Below, in pieces: positions 27,011 to 42,826 of a DNA stretch of 64,000 nucleotides. The translations under genes and the position numbers were made by a program. This DNA is from the human T2T-CHM13v2.0 reference genome, Homo sapiens, in NCBI RefSeq assembly GCF_009914755.1, contig NC_060943.1. One strand, 5' to 3'. Every line of letters starts with the position of its first letter. Within the stretch, counting starts at the first letter, position 1. The notes beneath the pieces were generated by a model, which saw only the letters and a list, made by a program, of their open reading frames with translations, was not told the DNA's origin and did no database searches.

Positions 27011-27426
27011 CTCACCTATTTTATGGCGTCTACCCCATTCTACCTGTCCTTTTCCTGCCCCGCAGAGAGTGCACTGGGGGAGGGAGTGAAGGCAGGTGCT
27101 CCCTGAGCAGCTGGAGGAGTCAGGGTTGGGGGCCTGGGTTCACAGAGGTGGGCTGAGTTGAGTGATGGTTAGGCCGTAGAAAGGACTGGATTTGGCAAGT
27201 GTCTGGATGTGGGGGGTTGGGGGTTGGGGGTTGGGAGGTGTTCATGAGAACCCCAGCAAAGAGTGAGGGCAGGGGGAAGAGGGGATGGGATGCTCTCATT
27301 TTTGGTAGCTGGAGATGTCCAGTAGACCTGTAAGTGGGCGGGGGTTCAGCGACCCTGCCGACAGCTGTGGGAATTTGGGGTCACTGGCGTGTGGCGCTCT
27401 CTTCTCTGAATCTTTTTTTTTGTTGA

Positions 27427-27865
<439 letters not shown>

Positions 27866-29162
27866 TGATGGGCCTCCCTGGTCTGTTGTCCGGGGTCTGA
27901 GAGTCACTGTCATCTGTTTAGCCTGTTGCTCTCGTTGTTAAAGGTGGGAGGGGAAATCCAATTTCTCTTCCTCCGTTCTGGCGGGAAGCAAGGGTCCCAT
28001 GATGGACACAGGGACGGCAGCTGAAGCCAGGGAGCAAGTGAGGTCTTCCAGGATGAGTTGGAAAAGAAGGAGTGGGGGTCAGGATAGCTCAGGGAGCACT
28101 GTCATTTAAGGACACACACAGGCGAAGTGGCCACAAAGGGAGACTGAGGAGGCCTGGGCAGGAGAACCAGGAGGCTGCCGGCGACCGCGCCCCAGCAAGA
28201 GCAGAGCAAGTGGCGGTGGGGAATCTGCAGTAGCAATCAGGGATCCCTTGGGTGACAAGGTCTCCTGGGTGCAGGCGAGTGGCCCCATGGGAGCACCGAT
28301 TGTGTCAGGGTACCCAGGAGGGAGGACAAGGAGCAGGGATGGTCTGCAGAGGGGCCAGGGCTCCCCTCCAGCCCTAACAGGACCTCCGCGTCCCTCCACT
28401 TGCTGGGCCGTCCTGTGGACTGTGCGGTCCCCTGCAGATTGTCCAGTACCGAGGGCAGCAAAAGGTTGACGCTGAGAGTGAGAGCGGGGCAGGCGGCTGG
28501 TGGTGGTGCTGTGCTGCCGCGAGGCTGTTGGATGGGGACTGATACCTCCGGGACCCCGCACTCCTCCCTGGCCTGGTGTGCAGCGGTCGGTAGCAGGGCC
28601 CAGCCAGTGGCCTGTGGTGGGACAGACAGGAGACCAGGGAAAGGAGTGATGTGGTGTCACTGCAGCAGCCCAGCTCCCTTCCCTGCGCAGGGCGGGCCAG
28701 GTGTTGGTGTCAGGGGCTCTGGGTAACGGGTCAAAGCCGCCAGCATTCCAGCCCCGAGCCCGCAACGGTAAAAACTGCGAGATAGGGTACTTGAAGCCCG
28801 CCCCCTGCTTCCCAGGTCCTCTCACCATTGCCTCTTCAGACCACCCGGGGGTGGCATTCATCCCTTCACCCTGCTCCAGGGACCCCTGTGTGGTGGGAAC
28901 TGGTGGACACTTCCTTCCGGGCCCCCCAGCAGCTTGGAGCACAGGGCCGCTCCCTCCTCCACCCACTTGCTTCACTTTGCCCTCGGGGCTGCCAGGTTGT
29001 GGTTGTCTTCACTTTCGTTTCTCCTTGAGTCTCTTCTGCCCAGGCCTGTTCTCTTCCCACCTCCTCATGGAAGGTTCTGCTGTTTGCCGTCTTCTCTTTT
29101 CTAGTGATCTGCACCCCCTGGAAGAGGTGGTCTCCTGTTTTGTCTTTAAAAACCATCACGTG

Positions 29163-29840
<678 letters not shown>

Positions 29841-30261
29841 TCAGGAGTTCTAGACCAGCCTGAGCAACATGAAACCCCATCACTACAAAAAATAAACAAA
29901 ATTCACAGGGCGTGGCAGGGTGCGCCAGTGGTCCCAGCTACTCAGGAGGCTGAGGTGGGAGGATCACTTGAGCCCTGGAGGTCGAGGCTGCAGTGAACTG
30001 GGATCCAGACACTGCATTCCAGCCTGGGTGACAGTGAGAGACCCTGTCTCAAACAACAACAAACGAATAAACAAAAAACACCCAAACCATCAGGTTTTTA
30101 TGCTGACACCCATGTTGACTGCTCAGCCCTCTCCCCGCAGTCTGACTTATATCCAGTGACTTCCTCTTGGATACCTGAGAGGCAGCTCCAGTCTCCAGTG
30201 CTCCACGCCGGGCTTCCCATACCCCCTCTGGCAGAGGAAGAGTCTTTTTTTTTTTTTTTGA

Positions 30262-30420
<159 letters not shown>

Positions 30421-30671
30421 TAGTAGAGACAGGGTTTCACCATGTTGGCTGGGCTGGTCTCGAACTCCTGACCGAAGCGATGATCCAGCCGCCTCAGCCT
30501 CCCAAAGTGCTGGGATTACAGGTGTGAGCCCCTGCGCCCGGCGGAAGAGTCTTCATGTTGTTTTGCGGCACCCTGCAGATCTGCCCCTCCCCTCCGTCCC
30601 TCCCCCGTCCCGTGACCTCTGATGTGCGCTTGTCTGCTGACTCTGGGGCTGGGGGCTGTGTTCTTCCCTAG

Positions 30672-30812
30672 GACTGCGGGCTGCAGCTGAGCGGGGAGGA
30701 GGGACGCCGTTGCTATCCCCTGGCGGGCCACCTACTGTGTCGTCGTTGCCACCTGCGGCGCCTCCAACCTGGGCCTCTTCCCTCACCCACTGTGCACGTC
30801 ACTGAGCTCTGA
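30672..30812 (+). CDS. WTIP: WTIP exon 8 CDS ([46 protein letters not shown])
   Basis: cctag acceptor; TGA at 30810-30812. The exon sum 667+102+68+63+131+52+69+141 = 1293 nt gives 430 aa with consistent phases. Ends in the class I PDZ-binding motif VTEL. Confidence 0.96.
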   Translation, partial: DCGLQLSGEEGRRCYPLAGHLLCRRCHLRRLQPGPLPSPTVHVTEL

Positions 30813-31649
30813 GCAGGGGAAAACCCGTCCCTGGGCCGGGGTGGGTGTGGGTGTGGAGGGAGGGCCCGCGTGGGTGGCCCTGGTCAGCGTCAGGGGAGCT
30901 CCCTCCAATCAGTTTCCCACCGAGCTGCTGTCTGCAGGGGCCGGACCCCCGCGTGGAAGCTTCTATTTATTCACCGTCTGTGCCTGCTCAAGTCACTTCC
31001 CTGCGGGCCCTGCCTCCCACCCACCCCATCACCAGCTTTCCACTTGGAGGCCCCCTGTGCCCTGCAGCCTCAGGGTAGGCCGTGGGTCACCAGGCTGGAG
31101 AGGGCCCCTGCCTTGGCCAGGGGTGCGAGGTGACCCGGCTGCATTGCTGGGTGGGAGCTGCTGTCTGTTGTTCAGGGGCCTGGCCCCCGCCCTCCCCCCC
31201 GACCCCGACCTCGCAAAGCGCACTCCCGGGCAGGGTGTGGTCTGGAAGGCGGGGCTGGCGGGGACATGGGTGTTCCTGCATCTCCTAGCGCAGTTCCTGC
31301 TGGTGGGTGGAAGGGTGCCTGGTTTAGGCGGGGTCCCAGGAGGGGGTGAGGGGTGACACCCTTGGGGAGGGGGCCTGCAAAGGGCACTGCCTGTGGCCAC
31401 GTGGTGTCTGTGGGAATTGGTCCTGGGGACTTTGATGGGTGTTTGCGGCCCCAGTTGCCGCCCTGCTCCCTCTTCCAGGGCTCCTGGCTTGGGCCCCCCG
31501 ACCCCCCTGCTCAGCTCGGGAAAATCCCCGTGCGGCTCCAGCCCCGGGTCACGCTCAGGAGCGATGAGAGGGGCGCCCTGGCCACGCTTCAGGAAAGCCT
31601 GTGTCTGCGCGCGGGGCAAGGGGCTCCACGACAAAAGGACAAGATTTGA

Positions 31650-31790
31650 CTTAAATTAAGTTTTTCCCTTGAGGATATTTTCATTTTCTTTAAAAGAATA
31701 TAATTTTCTTCTAAGATCTTGGACCAGCCTTGTTATTTTTAAAGCAAATGCCGGCAAACTCACAAGTGTCTAGTTTGTCTGTTACGGAGC
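31650..31790 (+). terminator. WTIP: Candidate proximal WTIP poly(A) region (variant hexamer AATATA 31697-31702)
   Basis: Abrupt AT-rich patch in GC-rich DNA followed by T/GT-rich sequence; no canonical AATAAA. Confidence 0.5.
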
Positions 31791-32276
31791 TGGTTTTCAG
31801 GTGGTAAGAACCTTGTGGTTTCAGGACTTTTGTCCTGAAATTCCTCTAAAACTTCGCCACGCGTGTCCACCTTTCAGACTTTAGGGTAGTGTGGGGTTCC
31901 GTGTGTGTCCGGGTGTTAAGGGCGGTCGCCCCATGAAATGCAGTGTGGAGGTCCCTCCGTGCTCCCCGGGACACACTGACGGGAATGTGGGGTCTGGACA
32001 TGGGAGGCCCTGGTCCTGATGCGGAATCCCCAGGGGTTCAGGGGACATCTGGACTGAAGTCACTCGCCCCTGGGAGAGCCTGGACCCACCTCTTGGCTGC
32101 TGCTCTCCCCTTCCTCCCCCACCGTCAGGTGTGAGTTCTGTGAATCACTCGCGGGGCTGGGCTAGGCTCCGGGAACCAGCAGGGCTGTCCAGGCCGAGCC
32201 CAAGGGAACAAACACCAGGAGGCGCCCGCAGGGAAGTGGCGGCTTCGGAGTCCAGCAGGGCCGAGGCATGGCGCGG

Positions 32277-32290
32277 GCGCCACCTGGTGG
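32277..32290 (-). promoter_or_regulatory. CTCF core motif (CCACCAGGTGGCGC on the minus strand)
   Basis: Near-consensus match in a CpG-containing patch; a weaker plus-strand motif ACACCAGGAGGCGCC lies at 32212-32226. Confidence 0.6.
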
Positions 32291-32413
32291 GCTGAGCCGG
32301 CAAGTACAGGGGTGGTCAGGGAGCCTTAGCCAGGGACTTACACAGCGTGGAGAGCGCTGCATCTTAGAGTGGGGCCTTCAGCAGGACCAGGGGCCACTTC
32401 TTGGAGGAGGTGA

Positions 32414-33397
<984 letters not shown>

Positions 33398-34532
33398 GGG
33401 CTCCTTTGCCTTCTAACTGGTCAGTTGCAAAGCTGTCCTCTGAACTGTCCTCTCTGCTTCCTCCCTCAAACCTGCTTTGAGCCGGGTTTCTCCTTGTTGC
33501 CAACCCGGTCCTTCTCCTCCCCTTCCTTTGCATGTGCCATGGTGGGCCCTGTGCTTATATCCATGGGGTTGCTTCACTGAACCCTGCTCCATCCCGGTCA
33601 CCATGCACGCTCCTGCCAGCTGGCCTGAGTCATCACAGCTTGGAGTCCCCCCAACCCCACCCAAGTAACACACTTTGTCAAAGGTCGCAGTCAAGGGACT
33701 GCATAGGCCCTTGGGGCAGTGGCCTCACCAGGCCACACTCTGCCCTTTCTTTCTGGGCCCCTGGGCCCCGCATTGCCTTCTGTCAGGGCTGGTGGCCACT
33801 GCTCCACCTCCTCCCCCGGAGCTGTGCATGGCAGTTCCCTCCGTGGGAGCCACTCTCCCGGGGTTTCTTCCTCTATGAAGAAACCTTGGCCTCTATGAAG
33901 TCAGGCCCCAGTTGTGACACCTCACTTGACACCCAGAAGTCTTGGCCTCTGCTCTCCAAGCTCATTTGCCAACAGCAGTATCTCCATTTCATGCCCAGGG
34001 GTGACACTGACCCCATGATTATAGAGATGGAGGATGCTGTGTGAGAACTGGGCTGAGCCATGCCAGTGGCCTGTGACCCTCCAGCCCTGGATGCCACCCC
34101 CCACCTGCCCAAGGGGACCCCCACTGATGTGGTCTCTGCTGACACCTGTGCCTGTGCCTGGGGTCCCTGTCATCCTTCCCTGGTCTGAGTGGCAAGTCTC
34201 CTGCCATCCCTGTCCCCGCTATGCGGTGAGCTCTTCAGCTTGGGCCCGCCTGGTGGCTCACGCTACTCTCCACCGTGCCTGGATTAGGGCGAGTGCTGAG
34301 GCTGGAGCTGACCCTGCCCTGGCCTTCAGGGTCTTGGCTTAGTTCCACCTGCACTGGTCCAAGTCCAGCCTGGTTGCCTAGTGAAGGATCCACAGTGGGT
34401 ACATAAAGGGCCAAGCGCTGTCCACGTGGACACATCCTATGTGGGCGTGAGTGCTCCCTGCAATCCCCAGACAAGCCTGCCTCTCAGCGGGGCTCAGCTC
34501 AGAGACATAGACCCTGGAGGGCTGAGTCTGCC

Positions 34533-34800
34533 TGTGTGCGTGTGTGTGTGCATGTGTGTGTGTGTGAGAGAGAGACAGGGATGGGGGGAGAGTGTGTGTA
34601 TCAATGAGAGAGACGGAGAAAGTCGTGTGTGAAAGGGATTGAATATTTCAGAAAATGAATGAGAGAGATTGGGAGAGATGGTGGGAGGTGGAGTGGGAGA
34701 GAGACCTGTTGTTTAAGAGGGAGACTGAGTGACTCCGAGAATGAGGGGGAAAGATACGGAGACAGGATAAGCTGCAGAGAGAGAGGGAGAGAGGGATTGA
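34533..34800 (+). repeat. (TG)n followed by a GA-rich low-complexity tract; second (TG)n at 34935-34977
   Basis: Read directly. Confidence 0.8.
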
Positions 34801-37017
34801 ACTGGAGCGAGACCAACAGAGCCCTGACGCTGGGATTTGGGAGGATTTGGTGGGTTCTCAGTGACCCCACTGAGGCCTGACCCACCAGTGGAAAAGGCTC
34901 ACCTCCTGTAAGTGACCACACTGTGGGGTGTAATTGTGTGTTTGTTTGTGTGTGTGTGTGTGTGTCTGTGTGTGTGTTGGCGTCGCCCTGATGGCCTCTT
35001 GGAGGGTCCTGGGGTGGGTGGGTCTTGGGCATGGGGTGCCCTCTGCCCTCATTCTTTCTTCATCCGGGCTCCCTGCCCCTGTTGGGGTGGGAAGCACAGA
35101 TGTCAGCTTGCTGAGCTGCAGGTACCATGACAATCCCAAGTGGAACTGCTCTTGGGGGGCTGTGTGGGGAGGGGCCACTGGGCAGGATTTATGAGACCTG
35201 GGCAGAGGTGTGGGGAGCAGTGTGGGCCAGAGGGTGACTGGGGGTTGGGGTGAGTTGGGTAGGGTGCAGCTGTGCTCATCCCTCCCACCCAGCCCCACCC
35301 TGAGGCTGGTCTCTAGCTCGTGAGCAGAGGCCGAGAGAAGGCCCTTCCCCATCACGGGGTCCTGTCTCGTCCGGTCTGGCAGCCCTCATCTGGCCAGGAG
35401 GCCAGCAAGGACTTCCGGTGCCACACTCGGGAGGGGTGAGGGCTTTGCTGGCTGCAGGGTTAGGAGTAGGCGCAGCCTGTGGGGCCCAGGAGAACCTTGG
35501 GGTGGGGATCAAGAACAGGTCTGGGAGAGGGGGGAGCATCAGGGCCACCTGCAGCCTCCACCCAGCCCAGCTCTGGAGGCTTTGCCCCCACCCCGCCCCC
35601 ATGGTAGGCGTGTTCCCTAGAGGCTGGTGGGGACCTGGGAGAGGGGCATGTGCACACATTTCATGGGGATGATGGGGGACTCTGGGAGCCAGCCTGGGTG
35701 GGGGCTCAGAGGTGGGAGGGGCCCTGAGGCCTGAGGTGGTGGAAGGAGCTCACCTATCTCAGGCCCAGGCCCTTGCCAGGTTCCTAGTCCCTGGCCGGAT
35801 ACCCCAGGGTGGCCTGGGATCCTGGAGAGTGCTCAGGAAACTCAGGAGGAGTGTGGACGCGGCTCCTCTCCTTCCACCCACTTCCCTGGCCCTGAGGGCA
35901 TTGCTGGGCCACCATCCCAGACCTGGGGCATGTGTCACAGGGCTGCCAGGAGGGCATAGGGCCCAAGGATTCCCCAGGGATGCCAGCCCCCCTGTGGGCC
36001 CTCAGGACTGGTAGCCCTGGGCCCCCTGGCGCTTTGTAGGGAGGTGCTCAGCAGTGATGGTTGTGTGCCTGTCACACCCACCCACCTGTGCCTCCCCCCA
36101 CCTGCCACGCCCATTGTCCTACACCCAGCGCACACTCCTCTCCACGCTGCGCACGTGAACCCGCCCGGGTCACACACCTGCCCTGCCATGGTGACAGGAC
36201 TGTGTGGGATCTCTGCCTCCCTGCCTGAAGTTCCTGCCATTGGGACCTGTCACAGGCACACAGGACACAGCTGGCTCACCCTCTTCTCTGACAGCACCTG
36301 GGCCATCCCTGATAGTGATCAGCCCTGCTGAGGAAGGGTTAGGGTGGGCTGCAGGCTGGAGGCCAGGGAGAGGCCCTGGACCGGGCCTGGCATTTACTCA
36401 CCCTCCTCCCATCCCACACTGTCCCGGAGCCTCCATCTCCACCTGAGCCAGCTGGGTTGATGCGGATTTCCAGGCATCCTCAGCGGGACCCATGGCCTGG
36501 GGTCACCACCTTCCTGAGCTGCGTGGATCTCAGCCAGGACTTCTCGTCCCTGAGAACAGATTGGGGCTGGGAGTCCCAGCCCGTCCCTGGACCAGCCCTG
36601 CCATCAGCTTGCCCAGCCTAGTTCCCTTTCTCTTCTGCGCTCTGAATGTGCACTCCGCGTGTTCAGATGCTCATGGTTTCTGATGAGAAGTTGGCTGTGT
36701 CTCTCACGGAGCCTCTCTCGGAGGTGATGAGTGACTTTTCTCTTGCTGCCGTCAAGATTCCTGGCTGTGGATTGGATGGATGGGAAGCTCTGTCCCTGAA
36801 CAGCCCTTGTGACTATGGGGCTGTCCTTCCACAGTGTGCACTGAGGGTGCAGGCCAAACCTTTTAAAGAATAAACAGAAAGAAATCGGCTCTTTCACTTC
36901 TTGCAAGTTGGTGAAAACAGACTCTTCCAGGGAATTTTAACTTTTTATCATCCTATTTACTCTGGAAAGCCTTGTCTCGTGTTTTAGAGCTTGTAGGGTT
37001 TAATAAAACTAGTTAAC

Positions 37018-37834
<817 letters not shown>

Positions 37835-39735
37835 TCACTAATAAGTTTTAAGTTGTCCAGAGTTAATTGTGAATATCAGAACAGGATTCTTATAACAAAA
37901 GCAGTTGTCTTAAGATGAATGGCTCATATTTGGGTGCAGTATTTGATGCCCAAAAGAACAAACATAAACCAAAAAAAAAAAAAAAAAAATTCCAGACTGT
38001 CCCCTTTGGATGCCAGTTGAATCTGTGTCTTGTGCCCCCTGAGGGTCTGCCCGGTCACATCCCCTTGTCTTCTCTAGGGTTCACGGGGATCCTTCTCATC
38101 CTCTTCTAGGTACCAGGTTCCATTAGTTTTGTCTGTCAGTCTTGTCACCAGGGAGCTGGAGACCTGGAGGGGAGCCCTGATGTCTGGGACAGTGCTTGTC
38201 AGTGGATGGGCTTTTGCATAGGGGGATGGGGTAGGGAGTGAGTCATTGCATTATAGACTTGGACTAGGTGGATGCTATTTTTCATGGTGGTGGTGATGGG
38301 AGAAGCTGTTGGGTTATTTCACAGAGGAAGCCCGAGCTCCCTGCTGAAGATGATAAATGATGCACAGATTTCAATCCATCCTACGGCTTCAGCCTCCAGT
38401 CCTGGTCCCACACATCTCCTGGAGCAGAGCCTGATTCCCAGCCTCTGTAGCTGGTTGAGGAGCAAATAGGTTTCCCTGTCCTGACTCCACCTTGGAGCAC
38501 CTTCCCTTGAGACCCACCAGGCTCTCTTTCAGTCACAGCATCTTCCTCCTGCTCCATGTGGTTGAAATCTCAGGTCCTCTAAGGATCCCTCCTCATTCTC
38601 TGTTAGTGTGAGGTGGGACTTTTTTTTTTGTTTTGAGATGGAGTCTTGCTCTGTCGCCCAGGCTGGAGTTCAGTGGCAGGATTTCAGCTCAGTACAGCCT
38701 CGGCCTCCCGGGTTCAAGTGACTCTCCGGCCTCAGCCTCCCAAGTAGCTGGGATTACAGGCACCTGCCATCACTCCCAGCTAATTTTTTATATTTTTAGT
38801 GAATACAGGGTTTCATCATGTTGGCCAGGCTGGTCTCTAACTCCTGACCTTAAGTGATCTACCCGCCTCAGCCTCCTAAAGTGCTAGGATTATAGGTGTG
38901 AGCCACTGCACCTGGCCTGTGAGGTGGGAAGTTTCAATACTCCCTTAGCCTTGGTTTGGTCACCAGAAGGAGGGGACATGAGTGAAGGTCCCAGTCCACC
39001 CTATGCAAGCAGAAGCCTCTTTGGTTTTAGTTTTAAAGGTGCATTGACCCATGTACCTTTGCATGGACATGTTCTTATTTGGGGTTACCTTTGTGTTGAC
39101 TTTGTGTGGCCAGGACCCTGGAGATGAGGCCAGGATGGCCGACTCCAACCCCTTAGCTGCTTCCTTGCCCTGTATGGAGCAGCTCAGCCTGGGATGCAGG
39201 AGCAGCTGTGTCCCTCCGCTCCCGCCAGGCCTCTCCCCCTGCCTTCTGGGACTGGAAGTTCCTAGGAGTCCGGAAGTGCTGAGCTGCAGGAGGCTTCTCA
39301 TGGCCCCAGGACACACCCATCACCCCATCTATATTGAGATGTTATCTAGAGAGACGCCTGTAGTAAAATCCGCTCTGTGACGGTGGTGTATAAACATTTT
39401 CTGTGCAAGGACCTTGCCCTCCTTTTCAAAAAAGTAAGTATGACTCCCACATGAAAATTTTCTTCTACAACACGACATACGTTCATTGTGGTACATTTAG
39501 GAAATTTAAATGATTTATTTCTTATAAAACATCATCTGTTTTTCTACTGGACCTGGCTTTTATAAATCATGCGGTGATAAATAATATGGCAGTTAGAGCT
39601 GGGTGCACTTGGCTCCTGCCTGTGGTCCCAGCTGGCTGGGAGGCAGAGGCAGGAGGATTGCTTGAGGCCAGGATTCCAGGCTGCAGGGAGCTATGACTGC
39701 CAGTGCACTCCAGCCAGGGTAACACAGCGAGACCC

Positions 39736-41998
39736 TGTGTTAGCCTGTTTTCACGCTGCTGATAAAGACATCCCCAAGACTGGGAAGAAAAAGAGGTTTA
39801 ATTGGATTTACAGTTCCACATGGCTGGGGAGGCCTCAGCCTCCCACATGGCTGGGGAGGCCTCCCACCAAAAGGCACTTTCATGGTGGCGGCAAGAGAAA
39901 AATGACAGAGATGCAAAAGCAGAAACCCCCGATAAAACCATCAGATCTTGTGAGACTTATTCACTACCATGAGAACAGTGTGGGGGAAACTGCCCCCATG
40001 ATTCAGATTCTCTCCCACTGGGTCCCTCCCACAAAATGTGGGAATTAAGGGAGTACAGTTCAAGATGAGATTTGGGTGGAGACACAGAGCCAAACGATAT
40101 CATTCTGCCCCTGGCCCCTTCAAATCTCATGTCCTCACATTTCAAAACCAATCATGACTTCCCAACAGTCCCCCAAATTCTTAACTCATTTCAGCATTAA
40201 CCCAAATCCAGAGTCCAAAGTCTAATCTGAGACAAGGCAAGGCCCTTCCACCTATGAGCCTGTAAAATCAAAAGCAAGTTAGTTACTTCCTAGATACAAT
40301 GGGGGTACAGGTATTGGGTGAATACGGCCATTCCAAATGGGAGAAATTGGCCAAAACAAAGGGGTTACAGGACCCATGCAAGTCCAAAATCCAGCGGGGC
40401 AGTCAAATTTTGAAGCTCCAAAGTGATTTCCTTTGACTGCATGTCTCATATCCAAGTCACAGTGATGCAAGAGGTGTGTTCCCATAGTCGTAGGCAGCTC
40501 CACCCCTGTGGCTTTGCAGGGCATAGCTCCCCTGCTGGCTTCTTTCATGGGCTGGCATTGAGTGTCTGCGGCTTTTCCAGGCACCTTGTACAAGCTGTCA
40601 GTGTATCTACCATTCTGATGTTTGGAGGATGGTGGCCTTCTTCTTACAGCTCTACTAGGCAGTACCCCAGTAGGGATACTGTGTTTGGGCTCTGACCCCA
40701 CATTTCCCTTCTGCACTGCCCTAGCAGAGGTTCTCCAAGAGGGCCCCTCCCCTGCAGCAAACTTTTGCCTGGGCATCCAGGCATTTTCATACATCTTCTG
40801 AAATCTAGATGGAGGTTCCCAAACCTCAATTCTTGACTTCTGTACACCCGCAGGCTCAACACCACATGGTAGCTGCCAAGGTTGGGGTTTGCACTCTCTG
40901 AAACCATGGGCTGAGCTGTACCTTGGCCCCTTTTAGCAATGGCTGGAGTGGCTGGGACACAAGGCAGCAAGTCCTAGGCTGCACACAACATGGGGACTTT
41001 GGGTCCAGCCCACAAAACCATTTTTTGCTCCTAGGCTTCTGGGTCTGTGATGGGAAGACCAATGACATGCCCTGGAGACATTTTCCCCATTGTCTTGGGG
41101 TTAAACATTCCCCTCCTTGTTACTTATGCAAATTTCTGCAGCCAGCTTGAATTTCTTCTAAAAAAATGGGTGTTTCTTTACTGCATCGTCAGGCTGCAAA
41201 TTTTCCAATTTTTTATGCTCTGTTTCCCTTTTAAAATGGAATGTTTTTAAACCCAAGTCACCTCTTGAACGCTTTTCTGCTTAGAAATTTCTTCTGCCAG
41301 ATACCCTAAATTATCTCTCTCAAGTTCAAAGTTCCACAAATCTCTAGGGCAGGGGCAAAATGCCGCCAATCTCTTTGCTTAAACATAACAAGAATCACCT
41401 TTGCTCCAGTTCCCAACAAGTTCCTCATCTCCATCTGAGACCACATCAGCCTGGACCTTAGTATTCATATCACTATCAGCATTTTTATCAAATATTAAAC
41501 AAATTTCTAGGAGGTTCCAAACTTTCCCACATTTTCCTATATTCTTCTGAGCCCTCCAAACTGTTCCAACCTCTGCCTGTTACCCAGTTCCAAAGTTGCT
41601 TCCACATTTTCGGGTATGTTTTCAGCAACACCCCACTCCCAGTACCAATTTACTGTATTAGTTTGTTTTCATGCTGCTGATAAAGACATACCTGTGACTG
41701 GGAAGAAAAAGAGGTTTAATGGGACTTGTAGCTCCACATGGCTGGGAGGCCTCAGAATCATGGCCTGAGGCAAAAGTTATGTGGTAGCGGCAAGAGAAAA
41801 TGAAGGGTGCAAAAGCGGAAACCCTCGATAAAACCATGAGATCTCGTGAGACATATTCACTACCATGAGAACAATATGGGGGAAACTGCCCCCATGATTC
41901 AAAATATTTCCCATTGGGTCCCTCCCACAACACGTGAGAATTATGGGAGTACAATTCAAGATGAGATTTCGGTGGGGACACAGAGCCAAACCGTATCA
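39736..41998 (-). mobile_element. Full-length THE1 (THE1C-like) MaLR provirus: LTRs 39736-40102 and 41654-41998, internal region 40103-41653
   Basis: Two homologous LTRs with TG...CA ends, THE1-int sequence, and a 5-bp TSD GACCC (39731-39735, 41999-42003). Confidence 0.92.
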
Positions 41999-42099
41999 GA
42001 CCCCGTCTCTACAAAAACAAAAACAAAATAAAAAAAAGTAGCTACGTGTTTGGGCCTGGCTTTCATTATTTACCAAGGATCAAGACCTGAACATGAAAA

Positions 42100-42720
42100 T
42101 GGCAGGCCAAGGGTTCCTGCCTTTGGATGCACATGGCCACCTTGCCCACTAGAACATCTGTGCCAAGCAGTGTTCCCATCAATCATAGGAAAATACCATT
42201 TCCCGCATCCTTACCAACCCTAGGTATTGCCAATAAGAAAACAAAGTCTGTATCAATTTGATGAAAATAATTTGAATGTGTGCATTTGATGAGCTGTGAG
42301 AATGAGAATCTTTTGCATGCATTGGCCATGGGCTTCCCTTTTGTGAGTTGCCTGTGAATGTCCTTTTCCCAGTTTACTAGTTTGGGATTGAATATTCTTA
42401 CACATTTATTTGGTGAAGAACTTTTATTTCAAATTATGAAAGAAAAAAATACTTGCTAGAATTCTGATTTGAAGTGCTTTCAAATTCTGTGTTAATTTGG
42501 AGCTGACACCCTTTAATATTGAGTCCTGGCTTTGAGGGTCTGGTGCGTTTCCTCCATTCACTGAAGTTTTATTTTACATCTCTCAGTAAAGCTTTATGGA
42601 TTAGGGTCTTCAGAAGCCTTACTTGTTTTTCTGGCTCTATTTTCTTGTCCAGAAACTCCACCACTGTGCTAAAGAGACAGTGGTGGAGGTGCTGGGCGTG
42701 CTGCTTTTCTCCTGGCTCTA
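42100..42720 (-). mobile_element. Old L1M fragments including a degenerate ORF2 segment
   Basis: Minus-strand translation CLFSTVVEFLDKKIEPEKQV...HKALLRDVK*NFSEW...GLNI resembles L1 ORF2 [20 protein letters not shown]...YKTLLKEIKEDLNKW...GRLNI. Confidence 0.7.
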
Positions 42721-42820
42721 ATGGGAAGGCCAAGAGGCAGGTCAGGGTCAGACTCCACCTTGAGTCTGGCATTGGCTGTTGGCATCATGAGGACCCCACG
42801 TATTGTACTTTGATAAAGTT

Positions 42821-42826
42821 AATAAA
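42821..42826 (+). terminator. WTIP: Distal AATAAA, candidate end of a ~12-kb WTIP 3' UTR
   Basis: AATAAA with upstream TGTA and a downstream TGTGTTGTGTGT GU-rich element. Confidence 0.55.

Noticed and set aside
30810-30820. Stop-codon read-through that would mask the VTEL PDZ motif
   Set aside because: The context is TGA-GCAG, not the leaky TGA-CTAG motif
39051-39380. 109-aa ORF with a hydrophobic N-terminus
   Set aside because: No homology recognised and no promoter or splice support; chance ORF in UTR-like DNA
39995-41910. DUX4 site expected in THE1 LTRs
   Set aside because: Both LTRs read TGATTCAGATT or TGATTCAAAAT rather than TGATTCAATTA
42460-42772. Protein-like minus-strand ORF (…HCLFSTVVEFLDKKIEPEKQVRLLKTLIHKALLRDVK) with an apparent splice acceptor, first considered a secretoglobin or novel exon
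   Set aside because: It aligns by eye to two segments of L1 ORF2 and sits within antisense L1M sequence
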